DNA of 53,626 nucleotides from a virus (IMGVR_UViG_3300030117_006365:1-53626); one strand, 5' to 3'; shown: positions 19,376-31,017, numbered from the stretch's first letter. A program made the numbers and translations. Notes: generated by a model not told the origin, from the letters alone.

Positions 19376-20287
19376 ATGGGATTACTAGATAACCAAACTC
19401 AATACGATTATTATACTGGAAACAATCTTGGTAACTACCAATTTGTTTCACTAGACAACATTATAAATGCTTTTATGGTTGCTTATGTTGGTGAAGGTAA
19501 ACTTATAGGTAAAGTAAATAGAACTGATGTGCAGTTCCACGCGATGCGAGCTATTCAAGAATTAACATACGATGTTTTTCGCTCTGTTAAAGCATATGAG
19601 ATTATAGTTCCTAATACTTTAAAAATGCCACTACCACATGACTATGTAAACTATACTAAAGTTTCTCTAGTTGGTAATGATGGTATAAAAAGAAATTTAT
19701 ATCCAACTGGTAAAACATCTAACCCGTTTAGTATAAAACAAAATGACGATGGTACATACACATATGATGACGCTAATGGAGATGGTTCTTTTGACCAATT
19801 AAATACTGGTGATGGTGATCCTTATATACATGGTGATAGTAAAACATGGCAAAAATATAGTCAATCTTCAGCTTCACAATCTACTAGTGAGAAAGATGGT
19901 TCTGACATAGAGATTGACTACAGAGGTAGAAGATACGGAATAGATCCACAACACGCTCATAGTCACGGTTCATTCTTTATAGATCAACAAAGAGGATATT
20001 TACATTTTAGCTCTTCGTTAGCTGGAGAGACAATTGTCTTAGATTATATAAGCGATGGTCTTGGAACAGACAGTGAAATGGTTGTACATAAATTTTGTGA
20101 AGAAGCTTGTTACAAATGGATAGCATATGGCGTGTTATCTTGTAGAACAGGTGTACCCGACAGTATACTGGGAAGATTTAAAATGGAAAAAACATCCGAA
20201 ACTAGAAAAGCAAAAATTAGACTATCTAATATAAAAATAGAAGAATTTACTCAAATCTTAAAAGGTATGAGCAAACAAATAAAATAG
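19376..20287 (+). CDS. Putative tail tubular/ring protein
   Basis: 303 aa; MPLPHDYVNYTKVS and LDYISDG motifs; lies between adaptor and large tail gene. Confidence 0.6.
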   Translation: MGLLDNQTQYDYYTGNNLGNYQFVSLDNIINAFMVAYVGEGKLIGKVNRTDVQFHAMRAIQELTYDVFRSVKAYEIIVPNTLKMPLPHDYVNYTKVSLVGNDGIKRNLYPTGKTSNPFSIKQNDDGTYTYDDANGDGSFDQLNTGDGDPYIHGDSKTWQKYSQSSASQSTSEKDGSDIEIDYRGRRYGIDPQHAHSHGSFFIDQQRGYLHFSSSLAGETIVLDYISDGLGTDSEMVVHKFCEEACYKWIAYGVLSCRTGVPDSILGRFKMEKTSETRKAKIRLSNIKIEEFTQILKGMSKQIK

Positions 20288-20291
20288 TATT

Positions 20292-23200
20292 ATGCCAGAA
20301 ATTAAACACGATTTTTCTGCTGGGAAAATGAACAAAGATCTCGACGAGAGAATTGTTCCCAATGGTCAATATAGAGATGCTATGAACGTCCAAGTAAGAA
20401 CTACAGGTTCTGAAGGTGGTGGCGTTGGAAACGCTGGGTGTATACAAAATATACCAGGAAATAAAGTTGTGACTCAGAGTTTAGATATACACTATGACGC
20501 TGTTTGGAATGCAGGACCAAACTTCGATGAAACAACTTTTATAGGTGGTGTTGCTAATGAAAAAAATAATAATGCATATTTTTTAATATCTTCACCGTCT
20601 TTCGATTTTGCGGAAAAAGATGCACTAGATATGTTAATTAATAATCAACTAACTGGTAACGAACCTAGAATGCTATTTATAGACTATATAGTAGAGGTTA
20701 ATACAGGTGAATCTGATGCTGAACCATCTTGTAAACCAGTTGTTGTAGATAAGTATGGCCTTATAGATTTTAGCCCAAGGGTTGTGCCGTGGAATGTTGG
20801 TTCGGGACAGGTTCAGGAGGTACAAGACAATTGGACCACACTATCTGTAACACAAGAGACCGCGGACGATTTAAGAGTTGGTATGGTAATGCAAGCTTAT
20901 GATGAAAACACAACACCATTAATAAAATCAACTAATATAGTAGATTTTGATGAAAACAACGATCCTGTAGAAGGTGTTAGTTGGGGTGCAGAAATAATGA
21001 AAATTAACCAAGGTTCAGGTTATAATACAATAAGTGTTTATACATCTTGTGATGAAGTTGATTGGGAGGATGCTGTGTTTTATACTTTTAAACACAAAGA
21101 GAGAGTTTTAAATTTCAACACAGACACTATAGTAACTGGTATTAATATCATAGAGGACTTGTTATTTTGGACTGATGGTCAAGACGAACCTAAAAGAATA
21201 AATATAAAAAAATGCAAATCTGGTACACCCAATTTTACTACTCACACGAAGCTGAGGCTAAGTGATCCTAATGATGATAGTATATTATTAGATTATACCG
21301 ACATAGAGCAATCTTTATCTTCAACTATCAATAATGATTTACAGAAAGAAAACATAACAGTTATTAAAAAAGCTCCTCACCAAGCTCCAATTATCGACAT
21401 GTCTATTACAGATAGAGTAGGAGAGGTTGCTGTGATATCAAACAATAATAACCTTGGAATTGTTTTTGATTTTGCTACATATACTGGTGACAACCAAGAG
21501 ATTCCACTTGGAACAACTTTTCAACTACCAAGACAAGAAGATATTGAAGCTTACACGGCTGATCCATTCACAGTTGTTAGTAATATGACCCTAAACAATC
21601 CCGTAACAATGTTTCAAAATACGGATTTTAGGGTTAATGATATAGTTACGTTCCGTGAGCAAACCTATGATGACGATTCTTGGTTGACAGCTATAATAGA
21701 TGATGTACAGCTTGTTGAAACAGATACATTCTCTTACACCACCATCTCATTTAGAGTATTAACAATAAACCAACAATTAACTCCTACTGTTTTTCAAGAT
21801 GATGTACCTACAGTATTAGGATCTGGTATGTGGGATATAGAGTTAATGCAAAAAGATCCAATGTTTGAACTTGTATTTGGTAGATTTTCTACTAGATACA
21901 AATATGAGGATGGAGAGTATTCTAGTTATGGACCTTGGTCTGAGATAGCATTTATACCAGGTCCATTTGATTTTAATCATAAAAAAGGTTACAACCTTGG
22001 AATGACTAATAGAATTAGAAAATTAGTTATAAAAGACTTTATTCCTCACCAAAGAAATAGACCGGCTGATGTTGTTAGTGTTGATGTGTTGTGGAAAACA
22101 ACAACAGGTCCCAACGTATATGTTGTTAAGTCTATAACTAGAGGTAGGGATCCAGAATGGGATAACTTTACTATAAATGATGAAAATTCAACATTATCTT
22201 TTGGGGAAATGGAGATAACATCAGAGATGATACGTAGACCTCTCCCAAATAATCAAAACTTAAGATCTTGGGATAATGTTCCAATAACAGCTAAAGCTCA
22301 AGAAATAGCTGCTAATAGACTTGTTTTTAGTAATTACACTCAGGGATATGAAATAATTAACAAACCTAAATTAAAGCAAAATCTTAAAAATTATGGAGTT
22401 GGACAAGGAGGACCATCACTGATTAGTCCTAAAAAATCAATGAAGTCGATAAGAGATTATAAGATTGGAATGGTTTTTGGAGATAAGTATGGTAGAGAAA
22501 CACCGATAATAGCTCCAGGTTATTTGGAAGAAAAACATCACGGAAGATGGGGGCTCGTAGATGGTAATGTTAAAGTTCCAAAAAGTTTTTCAATATATAA
22601 AAATACTTTAGAAGTGCAACAATTGTGGGGTGATGAAATGAGTGGTATCCCAGATAATTGGATATCGTATGTTAAATACTTCATAAAAGAAACCTCTAAT
22701 GAGTACTATAATCTAGTTATGGATAGATGGTATGAAGCTGAAGATGGTAACATATGGATATCATTTGCTTCTGCTGATAGAAATAAAGTAGATGAAGACA
22801 CATATCTAATATTGAAAAATGAACATGGCACTGATCAAGCTGTAATTGAACCTGCTAAATATAAGATCATAGCAATTGAAAATGAAGCTCCAGATTTTAT
22901 CAAACAACAAATTAGAAATATGGGTGAGGTTACATTAGGTAACTTTACAACAGTAACTGACTTAGGTTCTGACCCTAACTGGGAGGAGTTTATGTGGGAC
23001 GGTTCTCCCGATCCACTAAATTTACCACCACAACAATTAATGAGTGGAACTGAGATAGGTATAAGAGCTGACAAGTGGAATGGTTTTTTAGATAACTATC
23101 AAGAAAAAGGTGATTTACAGGTTAGATTAAAATGTATAAACTCGGAAGGTGTTTTTTACTCACCAGATTGGAGATTGGTAACATATAATCACAAGGTGGA

Positions 23201-26200
23201 TTTACCAGATCCAGAAGACGATCCAGAAAACCTAAATGGAACTGGTGCTGTTAGATGGGACGAACCATTCAATGCAACAGATATGTTTGTACAATTACAA
23301 GCTGCCAGTGGTGTTGAAGCTGGTCAATCACTACCTAGTATAAGGTGGGCGATGGAGTTTAGAGAGTTGATAACTAAAAGTCAACCTGAGTTTGAAGGTA
23401 AGTTTTTCTGTAAAATTGAAAAAGATCAAATATTGTCTGCAGCTGTATTATCAACAACTGCTATTCAGACATCTTATACTGCCGCTAGAAATTATGCTAT
23501 AGCCTATATTGAAAACACTGAGTATAACCCAGCGGCTATTGACCCTATATATCCTGGACAAAGAAGAACGTACAAGTGGTTAAACCAACCGGGACTAGTT
23601 CACTATGGTGGAGACTATGATGGTAGTTGGAGTATACCTGACAACACGAACACTGAAAACATGGAGTCATACGGTGACTTCGAAGACTTTAACGGTGAGT
23701 TACTAGCTGTTAATGCTGAAAAGAACGGTGGAGACGATGTTTCAGCTTCTAATAGAGTTGCCGACGTAAAACCACTTTGGGATGGTGGTACAAGTAGTGT
23801 AATGAATCACGGTGGGTATAGAGGTTCAGGTGGTTGGGGTCCAAGGTGTGGTAACTCTCACACTGTTGGTTGCCACCCTTATGATGCAGAGTATCTTGCT
23901 CTTGGGTGTTTTGATACGGAATCTTATCATGACAATGATTACGGTACTGGCAACCCTGGATATAACAGCGCTACACAAGGAGGTCTATATGGTCAAGATC
24001 GAAATCAGAATATTTATAATAGAACCATAGAAACAGCTGACTTCTGGGGTTGGTATGGTGATTATTGTATTGAGGGTGCTAATGAGTATTCTCATGACGC
24101 AGTAGCGTTTATAGACGGAGCAAGAGCTAGACACGTTAAGTTTTCTAACTCACCCAACGTTAATGGGTATGGGATACGTGAAACTAGTGATGGTGAGATT
24201 GTGGGTGAATATCCTAGTGATTATTATAAACCAACTGGATTAGATCCTGGTATACTAACTAATACCGACGGAATGGGTGGTCCTCCAGATACTTTTGGCG
24301 CCACTGATGGTGAGTTAGGTAGAATGGTTATATCAACCCTTGGTGAATTTACTGGAGCAGCATTAGAATTAAAGCAAGATTTAGAAACATATGGAACACT
24401 ATTTAGATTTCAAGATGATCCAAATGGAAAAATTTATAAAGTTATAAGTTCACCTGGCTACGGAACTACAGTTATGATGGACATGAAAAACCATTCTCAA
24501 GCAGGTGACACTTTACAAGGTGAAGGTGTTAATTTCGCTGCTGGTGTAGCAGTTGGTTGTTTATGGTCAAATAGTCCTCAATACAACAACGCGAATTCAT
24601 CTGTTTCCGTGCAAGGCGAAAACCATATTTACAGTGACGGTGTATACTCGGGAGTTGGTTATGATGGGTTTAATGGTTGGGGAAATAATGGTAGTAATGA
24701 CGCGTACACTACAATAAGTTTTACAAATCGTAATCCTAGAAATGATTGGCAAACTTATTTTCCTAGTGATAGTAGTGGTTTTACAGATCCTGATGGTGAT
24801 GGTCCAGATTGGGCGCAAGACGGTTTAGTTAGAGCTGGTGGTATATTAAATGATAACGAGGGTTATAATGGTGGACCATCTAACCAAAACCCAGCTTTAC
24901 ACTCTAGTTGCCACCCATGTGGTATGGTTGATTTCTCAATGGCTGTACCTGGAGATCACTCTCAATGGGGCGTTCTTTTTGATAATAATGGTCTTAGTGA
25001 AAACGGTTATGGACCAGCAGAATATTTAGATGGGTACGGTGTTGGAAGTGGAAAACAGGGAGGACCACACTGTCAAAGAAATGGTATTAGAGTTGAGTTT
25101 AGAGAATATGATATTGTAAATGAAACGTTAGTAGATAACGGAACAAAAGGTATAGACACAAGTATTTGGGATCCTAGAGGAGAAATATGTCATGATGGTA
25201 GAGAAGCTATGAGAATAAGTATTATAGAATCTACAGTATCAGGTGGAGAAATATATATACCTCCAGCGGATCCAGCTATATTTGAAACAGAACCAAAAGA
25301 AGATGTTGGTTTAGATATATACTACGAAGCTTCAAATGCTATACCAGTTAAGTTAACTAGTGAAAATACTCCACGTTTCGCTCCTTATGGATCTACAGTT
25401 GGATTGAGACAATGGAATAACGCTACACCTGGCTATGTAGATATACAACCAAGTAATGGTGATTGGAATTTAAACAACAAAAACGTACATGTTGGATATA
25501 TAGGTTATACTAAAAATCACTCTATAGTTGGCCTTAAGGTGCAAAAACAATACTCTTCAAATCTTGATGATGATTCCGATGTTGATTCGATAGAGGTTGG
25601 TGAAGTGGGGTATTTGAATCAGTATGTTGATATAGGTGATTTTTTAGTTTTTCAACATCCAGATGGTACAAAAACAATGTCTAGAGTGTTAGCCTACATG
25701 CAACCCATAGATGATGATGATTCAAATATGAGTTCTAGTACACTAATTGGTGTTAATAGTGTGGAGTATGGAATTGATTATCCATATATCAACCATTTAG
25801 AAGAACGTAGGTTTAGAGAGTCTAGTACAAATAAGGGGTTTTATAAAATTGATTCTGATGTTTGGAAATTCCCAGTAGAGTTATCTTGGTTTAATTGTTA
25901 TTCATTTGGCAATGGTGTTGAGTCAGATAGAATAAGAGATGATTTTAACACGCCAACAATAGATAATGGTGTAAAAGTTTCTTCAACCCTACTCGGTTAT
26001 GGGAGAGAAACAATGGCTAGTATGATGATATATTCTGGTATATATAATTCAACTTCAAGTACAAATAACTTGAATGAATTCAACATGGCAGAAAAGATAA
26101 CTAAAGAAATAAATCCTGCTTATGGATCAATACAGAGGTTAAAAACAAGAAATACAGATATGGTTGTTTTAACTGAAGACAAAGCATTAAGAGTTGTTAC

Positions 26201-27326
26201 AAATAAAGACGCACTCTATAACGCTGATGGTAATCCACAGTTAATAGCTTCTAATAGGGTTTTAGGTACAGCTGTTCCTTTTGCTGGCGATTATGGAATA
26301 TCTAAAAATCCAGAATCATTAGCTTGGGACCAATTTAGATTATACTTCACAGATAAACAAAGAGGTGCAGTTCTTAGGTTGTCAATGGACGGTTTAACTC
26401 CAATATCAGACGTTGGAATGAAAACGTTTTTTAGAGAACATCTTAGAAAAACAAAAACAGCTATAGGTACTTTTGATGTTGTGAACGGAGAATATAACTT
26501 AACGTTAAATCCAGGTAACAACAACATGCAACCATTAACTGCTTCTTTTAACGAGGAATCTAAAGGTTGGGTTAGTTTTAAATCTTTTATACCACAAGTA
26601 GGTGTTAGTGTTGGTGGTAAGTATTTAACATCTATATCTAAAGATGTAAAAAGTGAAACTAAAAATAAAGTAGGTATATATCAACATTATGTTGATATCA
26701 AAAAAAGTGATCCAACAGCGTTAAATTATAATGAGATAATTAATAAGAATGTTTTTTATGCTCCTAACGAAAAAATTGAAGATGAAGATGTAGATGAATA
26801 CTTTGAACCATCATCATTTACTGTTTTATTTAACGATATGCCTGAAGTTGTAAAAGCTTTTAGAGCTGTTAACTATGATGGTTCACAAGCTAAAGTTAAT
26901 CAATTCACATCTGAACAAGCTAGTGATTCACTCTTTTATTCAGACGGAGAGTATTATAACTTGACACCCGAAGAAGGATGGTGGGTTGATAATATAAAAA
27001 CAGATTTATCAAACGAAGGTGATGTACAGGATTTCGAGAAAAAAGAAGGTAAATGGTTTCAGAAAATTGGAGGTGGAGATAGAGCTTTTGGTAATGATGA
27101 TTTAAGTGAATTCAGTGTTCAGGGCTTAGGACAAGCTATAGCCGAACCAGATCTTAGTACTGATACCAATGGGGATGGTAGTGGTGATGGTAGTGGTGAT
27201 GATAGTGGAGATGGTGATGAAGTGGGTGGTATAAACTGGGTGGACAACCAACAAGACATGCAAATACAATTAATAGACAACCCTAATGATCCTCAAGAAG
27301 GAAGTCCGGGTAATCAACAAGGTTAA
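20292..27326 (+). CDS. Large tail stabilisation/nozzle-type protein with a big central insertion
   Basis: 2344 aa; N-terminal FSAGKMNKDLDER.VPNGQYRDAMNV, LLFWTDG..EPKRINI, C-terminal YGISKNPES...YFTDKQRGAVLRLS and KKEGKWF. Confidence 0.75.
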   Translation: MPEIKHDFSAGKMNKDLDERIVPNGQYRDAMNVQVRTTGSEGGGVGNAGCIQNIPGNKVVTQSLDIHYDAVWNAGPNFDETTFIGGVANEKNNNAYFLISSPSFDFAEKDALDMLINNQLTGNEPRMLFIDYIVEVNTGESDAEPSCKPVVVDKYGLIDFSPRVVPWNVGSGQVQEVQDNWTTLSVTQETADDLRVGMVMQAYDENTTPLIKSTNIVDFDENNDPVEGVSWGAEIMKINQGSGYNTISVYTSCDEVDWEDAVFYTFKHKERVLNFNTDTIVTGINIIEDLLFWTDGQDEPKRINIKKCKSGTPNFTTHTKLRLSDPNDDSILLDYTDIEQSLSSTINNDLQKENITVIKKAPHQAPIIDMSITDRVGEVAVISNNNNLGIVFDFATYTGDNQEIPLGTTFQLPRQEDIEAYTADPFTVVSNMTLNNPVTMFQNTDFRVNDIVTFREQTYDDDSWLTAIIDDVQLVETDTFSYTTISFRVLTINQQLTPTVFQDDVPTVLGSGMWDIELMQKDPMFELVFGRFSTRYKYEDGEYSSYGPWSEIAFIPGPFDFNHKKGYNLGMTNRIRKLVIKDFIPHQRNRPADVVSVDVLWKTTTGPNVYVVKSITRGRDPEWDNFTINDENSTLSFGEMEITSEMIRRPLPNNQNLRSWDNVPITAKAQEIAANRLVFSNYTQGYEIINKPKLKQNLKNYGVGQGGPSLISPKKSMKSIRDYKIGMVFGDKYGRETPIIAPGYLEEKHHGRWGLVDGNVKVPKSFSIYKNTLEVQQLWGDEMSGIPDNWISYVKYFIKETSNEYYNLVMDRWYEAEDGNIWISFASADRNKVDEDTYLILKNEHGTDQAVIEPAKYKIIAIENEAPDFIKQQIRNMGEVTLGNFTTVTDLGSDPNWEEFMWDGSPDPLNLPPQQLMSGTEIGIRADKWNGFLDNYQEKGDLQVRLKCINSEGVFYSPDWRLVTYNHKVDLPDPEDDPENLNGTGAVRWDEPFNATDMFVQLQAASGVEAGQSLPSIRWAMEFRELITKSQPEFEGKFFCKIEKDQILSAAVLSTTAIQTSYTAARNYAIAYIENTEYNPAAIDPIYPGQRRTYKWLNQPGLVHYGGDYDGSWSIPDNTNTENMESYGDFEDFNGELLAVNAEKNGGDDVSASNRVADVKPLWDGGTSSVMNHGGYRGSGGWGPRCGNSHTVGCHPYDAEYLALGCFDTESYHDNDYGTGNPGYNSATQGGLYGQDRNQNIYNRTIETADFWGWYGDYCIEGANEYSHDAVAFIDGARARHVKFSNSPNVNGYGIRETSDGEIVGEYPSDYYKPTGLDPGILTNTDGMGGPPDTFGATDGELGRMVISTLGEFTGAALELKQDLETYGTLFRFQDDPNGKIYKVISSPGYGTTVMMDMKNHSQAGDTLQGEGVNFAAGVAVGCLWSNSPQYNNANSSVSVQGENHIYSDGVYSGVGYDGFNGWGNNGSNDAYTTISFTNRNPRNDWQTYFPSDSSGFTDPDGDGPDWAQDGLVRAGGILNDNEGYNGGPSNQNPALHSSCHPCGMVDFSMAVPGDHSQWGVLFDNNGLSENGYGPAEYLDGYGVGSGKQGGPHCQRNGIRVEFREYDIVNETLVDNGTKGIDTSIWDPRGEICHDGREAMRISIIESTVSGGEIYIPPADPAIFETEPKEDVGLDIYYEASNAIPVKLTSENTPRFAPYGSTVGLRQWNNATPGYVDIQPSNGDWNLNNKNVHVGYIGYTKNHSIVGLKVQKQYSSNLDDDSDVDSIEVGEVGYLNQYVDIGDFLVFQHPDGTKTMSRVLAYMQPIDDDDSNMSSSTLIGVNSVEYGIDYPYINHLEERRFRESSTNKGFYKIDSDVWKFPVELSWFNCYSFGNGVESDRIRDDFNTPTIDNGVKVSSTLLGYGRETMASMMIYSGIYNSTSSTNNLNEFNMAEKITKEINPAYGSIQRLKTRNTDMVVLTEDKALRVVTNKDALYNADGNPQLIASNRVLGTAVPFAGDYGISKNPESLAWDQFRLYFTDKQRGAVLRLSMDGLTPISDVGMKTFFREHLRKTKTAIGTFDVVNGEYNLTLNPGNNNMQPLTASFNEESKGWVSFKSFIPQVGVSVGGKYLTSISKDVKSETKNKVGIYQHYVDIKKSDPTALNYNEIINKNVFYAPNEKIEDEDVDEYFEPSSFTVLFNDMPEVVKAFRAVNYDGSQAKVNQFTSEQASDSLFYSDGEYYNLTPEEGWWVDNIKTDLSNEGDVQDFEKKEGKWFQKIGGGDRAFGNDDLSEFSVQGLGQAIAEPDLSTDTNGDGSGDGSGDDSGDGDEVGGINWVDNQQDMQIQLIDNPNDPQEGSPGNQQG

Positions 27327-27331
27327 AGAAT

Positions 27332-29284
27332 ATGGCACAACCAAATTATATAGTAATAGGTAACTCACCTTTAACAATATCCTCTGGAGGATTTTGGGTA
27401 GATAAAGATGTGGCAACACCACTATCTAATTCTACAGTTGGAGATGGTGTAGTAGATAATGCTGAGGTTCCATTACACTTGCAGATGAGACCAGAAAGTC
27501 CTTCTGTGTGGATACATAGTGATATGTTTACAATAGGTGGAGTTGATCCTCAAGGTGGTAGCCTACCTGGAAATGGTGAGCAGTTATGGCCAAATGGTGT
27601 AACTATCACCAACTGGGTAGCTAGATGGAATGGAACTGACGGTGAATTTCCAGAGGGGGTAGATAAGATATATATGGTAAACACTATAGCAGCTGACGAC
27701 ATGAATGTTACTGGTGTTTTACCGGACAACTATATAGATGTTTATGTTTGGTTGAAACCAGATTTCGCTTTAGATAATTCAAACTACCAATCGATTGTAA
27801 TAGATATAGATGGTTTTGCTGGTAATATTATGCAGTGGGAGGGTAACAGTAATAATAACACTACTACTACTACTACCACTGATGCTCTATTAGTTCCAAA
27901 CGTGGTCATTGAGGTTCAATTAGAAAGTAGTAGTTCAAACTGCAAGGTACTTTGGATGCCAACAAGGGAGATTAGTTATAACACGAATGTACCACACTGG
28001 GAACCAATGAGTATTCAATCATCTCAATCCAACAACACTGCTAAAAGGGTGACATTTAAACCGATTATTCCTGGTGTAGCTTCCTCCAACGTGACTGTTG
28101 ATCAATTTCCTAATGATACGCCTTTAACAGGTGGTGGTGGTGTGGGGAGTTATGGTCATTTTCTTATAATACCAAATGAAGGTTACACTGTTTGTCGACA
28201 CAACTTCGCTCTTCAAGTTTTACAACCACCGAGACCAGAGACATCATCATATATAGCTGGTCTAGATAACCCATATACTATATCATCTGATTCATATTAT
28301 CCTAATGGTTGTCCTATGTGGAAAGTTCCACATAATTCAGATTCTATAGCGTCTTATAGCGACTTCGTTAATAACATACCAGCCAGTACGGGTGGTGGGG
28401 CTGAAGGATCAGTTGGTCCTGATTGGAGTCAAGGGTTTAACTTAGGTGCTTTTGAGGATATGAGTATTTTACCTGGTGGTAGTGATGGTGGCCCTTCACC
28501 AGTAGGTGCTTTTGACGAGATTCAAATGCTTGTTGATTTTTTATCAACGCAATATCCTGATTGGCAAACTTACACTTCAGCTGGCACACCTTCAGGAGAA
28601 TTCCAAGTGGAGTCTGGATTGAGTAGCATAGCTCCTAGTTCTGGAAACTACGCTAGAACGACTTATCGTAAAGTTAGTGTTGATATAGGAATAAACCCAA
28701 CTAACTACGCTAACGATGGTGAGCCGTGGGGACAAAATCTTGTTTGGTACAGAGATGTTTGGGAGAACCACAAGGGAAACGCAAGTGGTATTGATGGAGG
28801 TGTATCTCTTTTAGATTTCAAATCTTATCAAGCATCAGGGTCAGTTCAGACTAGTTCAAACGATGAATGGCAAGAGCAGGGATATGGTTCTGGTCAAGAG
28901 TGGATCACACCAGCTATTTACAATGGTAGTTATGATAACCCGTATAACGGACCTTTTCCATATAAACGCAATAACCAAATGACAGGCGTAGGAAGTGTTC
29001 CATCGGTGAGTGTGAATAGTGAAGGGTGGACGCAGTATAACCCCACGTATGATAATTCACAGGAAGCTACTATACCAAACGATATATGTCCATCTGATTT
29101 TGTCGGTAATTTTGTTATAGTTCATATTAGTGGATTGGAGACGATGACACCAGGAGTTAGTACGCCGTGGGGTCCCACGCAAAATCCTAATCAGCATAAA
29201 TATATTTTTAGAATATATGGTAAAGCTATGCCCTACGACCCAGATGAAGAGTGTGTTAATTTTAATATTGATATAGATGGCTAA
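27332..29284 (+). CDS. Putative tail-associated/receptor-binding protein
   Basis: 650 aa rich in Gly/Ser/Asn/Pro/Trp and nearly devoid of Lys; tail cluster. Confidence 0.55.
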   Translation: MAQPNYIVIGNSPLTISSGGFWVDKDVATPLSNSTVGDGVVDNAEVPLHLQMRPESPSVWIHSDMFTIGGVDPQGGSLPGNGEQLWPNGVTITNWVARWNGTDGEFPEGVDKIYMVNTIAADDMNVTGVLPDNYIDVYVWLKPDFALDNSNYQSIVIDIDGFAGNIMQWEGNSNNNTTTTTTTDALLVPNVVIEVQLESSSSNCKVLWMPTREISYNTNVPHWEPMSIQSSQSNNTAKRVTFKPIIPGVASSNVTVDQFPNDTPLTGGGGVGSYGHFLIIPNEGYTVCRHNFALQVLQPPRPETSSYIAGLDNPYTISSDSYYPNGCPMWKVPHNSDSIASYSDFVNNIPASTGGGAEGSVGPDWSQGFNLGAFEDMSILPGGSDGGPSPVGAFDEIQMLVDFLSTQYPDWQTYTSAGTPSGEFQVESGLSSIAPSSGNYARTTYRKVSVDIGINPTNYANDGEPWGQNLVWYRDVWENHKGNASGIDGGVSLLDFKSYQASGSVQTSSNDEWQEQGYGSGQEWITPAIYNGSYDNPYNGPFPYKRNNQMTGVGSVPSVSVNSEGWTQYNPTYDNSQEATIPNDICPSDFVGNFVIVHISGLETMTPGVSTPWGPTQNPNQHKYIFRIYGKAMPYDPDEECVNFNIDIDG

Positions 29285-30563
29285 AGAAACATTAAAAAAT
29301 CAAAATAATTTAGAGATACTAACTAATAGAGGTAGTGTAACAACATCTATTATCAATGGAGGTACCACACAGGAAAAGATTAGATTTAATCTAAAAGGTA
29401 GAGTTAGAAAAAACGTACCAACAGTTATAGGTACTTTAGAGCTAACACCTGAAGCAAGTAAATATATACCTAAGAAACCAAGCTTGATATCGGGTGGTAA
29501 TGTTGGATTAAATAGTTTACTAAAACTAAAATTAAAAAAGACAATAACAAACGAAAAAGGTAGGGTTACTAGTTATCTTTTTGATGTTATATATACCGCT
29601 AAAGAGAGTTTAAAGTTTAAAAAAATAGCATACTCTTTAAAAAGCAACACTAGAGTAGATACTGCAATTGATACCACAAAGAAAATATACAAAGTTGATT
29701 GGGGTAGAAGAACTAAAATATCACCAGCCGGAGAAAGTAAATATATAGTAATACATGGTGATCCTGGAGCTTCGTTTAAATTTTCAATTAATCAATATAT
29801 AGATTCTAGAGATTCTAATAATAAAGTATTAAGTTACACTGAAAAAAGTATTCTTGAAAGAAAATATTTCAAAGCTGGACTTGTGGGTGATGCACTACAC
29901 ACGCAGCTTACAATAGGTAGTAGCGGTAAATATATTATAAACCAAAGCTTTCCAAAAATAAGTAACAATTATAATAATGGATACAATCTAAACACGTATC
30001 CTGATCAAAATAGATACTCTATAAACATACGCCCCGCATACTCGGGTTTTGCTAATTCTAGTGGTTGGGATTTTGATCCTGTTAGAAATCCAAAACCTGA
30101 ATGGTTAGATTGTTACAGTAAAACCTTAACTCAAAATGCTGAAACTGTATTTGTGTTTAGAGCTACAACAGAGAGCGCTAGATATAAGATAAACAACCAA
30201 ACAGTGGCACTAGTTGATCACGATAGCGACGGTGGAACACATGCTGTTCAGGTGTACGATAAGAGAATAAGACCTAGAGTGGGAAATATACATGTTAGAT
30301 TAGATCTATCTGTTGTAAATACAGTTCATGCTATAACTGGCAAAGGGACGTCGTTTGTTCAAGATACTCATTTTACTAATTCCGACTTCACAGCTATCGG
30401 ACACCCTAGTTTAGGTAGTGGAACAATTTTCCAAATAAGGAACTTTACTATCCAAGCTTCTGACGACACAGCTGTATTATCTTTTGATTTAGGTTTAACA
30501 AAGCTTGGAAGTAGAAATTTATTAACAACATTAAACTTAGACACATTTATAAACTGCGCTTAA
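29277..30563 (+). CDS. Hypothetical structural protein
   Basis: 428 aa, beta-strand-like and basic; overlaps the previous ORF. Confidence 0.65.
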   Translation: MAKETLKNQNNLEILTNRGSVTTSIINGGTTQEKIRFNLKGRVRKNVPTVIGTLELTPEASKYIPKKPSLISGGNVGLNSLLKLKLKKTITNEKGRVTSYLFDVIYTAKESLKFKKIAYSLKSNTRVDTAIDTTKKIYKVDWGRRTKISPAGESKYIVIHGDPGASFKFSINQYIDSRDSNNKVLSYTEKSILERKYFKAGLVGDALHTQLTIGSSGKYIINQSFPKISNNYNNGYNLNTYPDQNRYSINIRPAYSGFANSSGWDFDPVRNPKPEWLDCYSKTLTQNAETVFVFRATTESARYKINNQTVALVDHDSDGGTHAVQVYDKRIRPRVGNIHVRLDLSVVNTVHAITGKGTSFVQDTHFTNSDFTAIGHPSLGSGTIFQIRNFTIQASDDTAVLSFDLGLTKLGSRNLLTTLNLDTFINCA

Positions 30564-30564
30564 T

Positions 30565-30984
30565 ATGGACGAAACAATAGTATATTTACCATTACCTCTA
30601 AACCAATCAGTTCAAGTTGGTGATATCTTATATTACACACCAACATCTGGTAGTGCTGGAGCAGATCAATTTGGACAAAACTTCATTGTTGATCAACCTG
30701 GTACAAGTATTGTTGAGGTTGGTAAAATCAAATCAATAGTAGAACTAGATGTACCTTTTGGTGGATCACTTGATGGTGTTAATGATGTAGCGGCGATATA
30801 TTGCGAGATAGATTTAACAACAACTAGTCCACCTAATCCAAGTGATTTTATACTATTCGCTAAAGATAGAAATGTTAATGAGGCGTCTATATTGGGATAT
30901 TACGGTGAGTTTGTTTTTAAAAACGATTCAAAAAAACATGCTGAGTTATTTATGAGTGGCGTGGAGGTGACATCAAGCAGCTAA
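30565..30984 (+). CDS. Hypothetical tail-associated protein
   Basis: 139 aa; LNQSVQVGDILYY, FILFAKD..VNEASILGYY, AELF. Confidence 0.65.
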   Translation: MDETIVYLPLPLNQSVQVGDILYYTPTSGSAGADQFGQNFIVDQPGTSIVEVGKIKSIVELDVPFGGSLDGVNDVAAIYCEIDLTTTSPPNPSDFILFAKDRNVNEASILGYYGEFVFKNDSKKHAELFMSGVEVTSSS

Positions 30985-30999
30985 ATAATCAACAAAAAA

Positions 31000-31017
31000 T
31001 GTAACTATATTACTATA
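31000..31017 (+). promoter_or_regulatory. Copy of recurrent intergenic motif (candidate late promoter)
   Basis: TGTAACTATATTACTATA upstream of the internal-protein block; first 10 nt identical to the copy at 18443. Confidence 0.45.
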
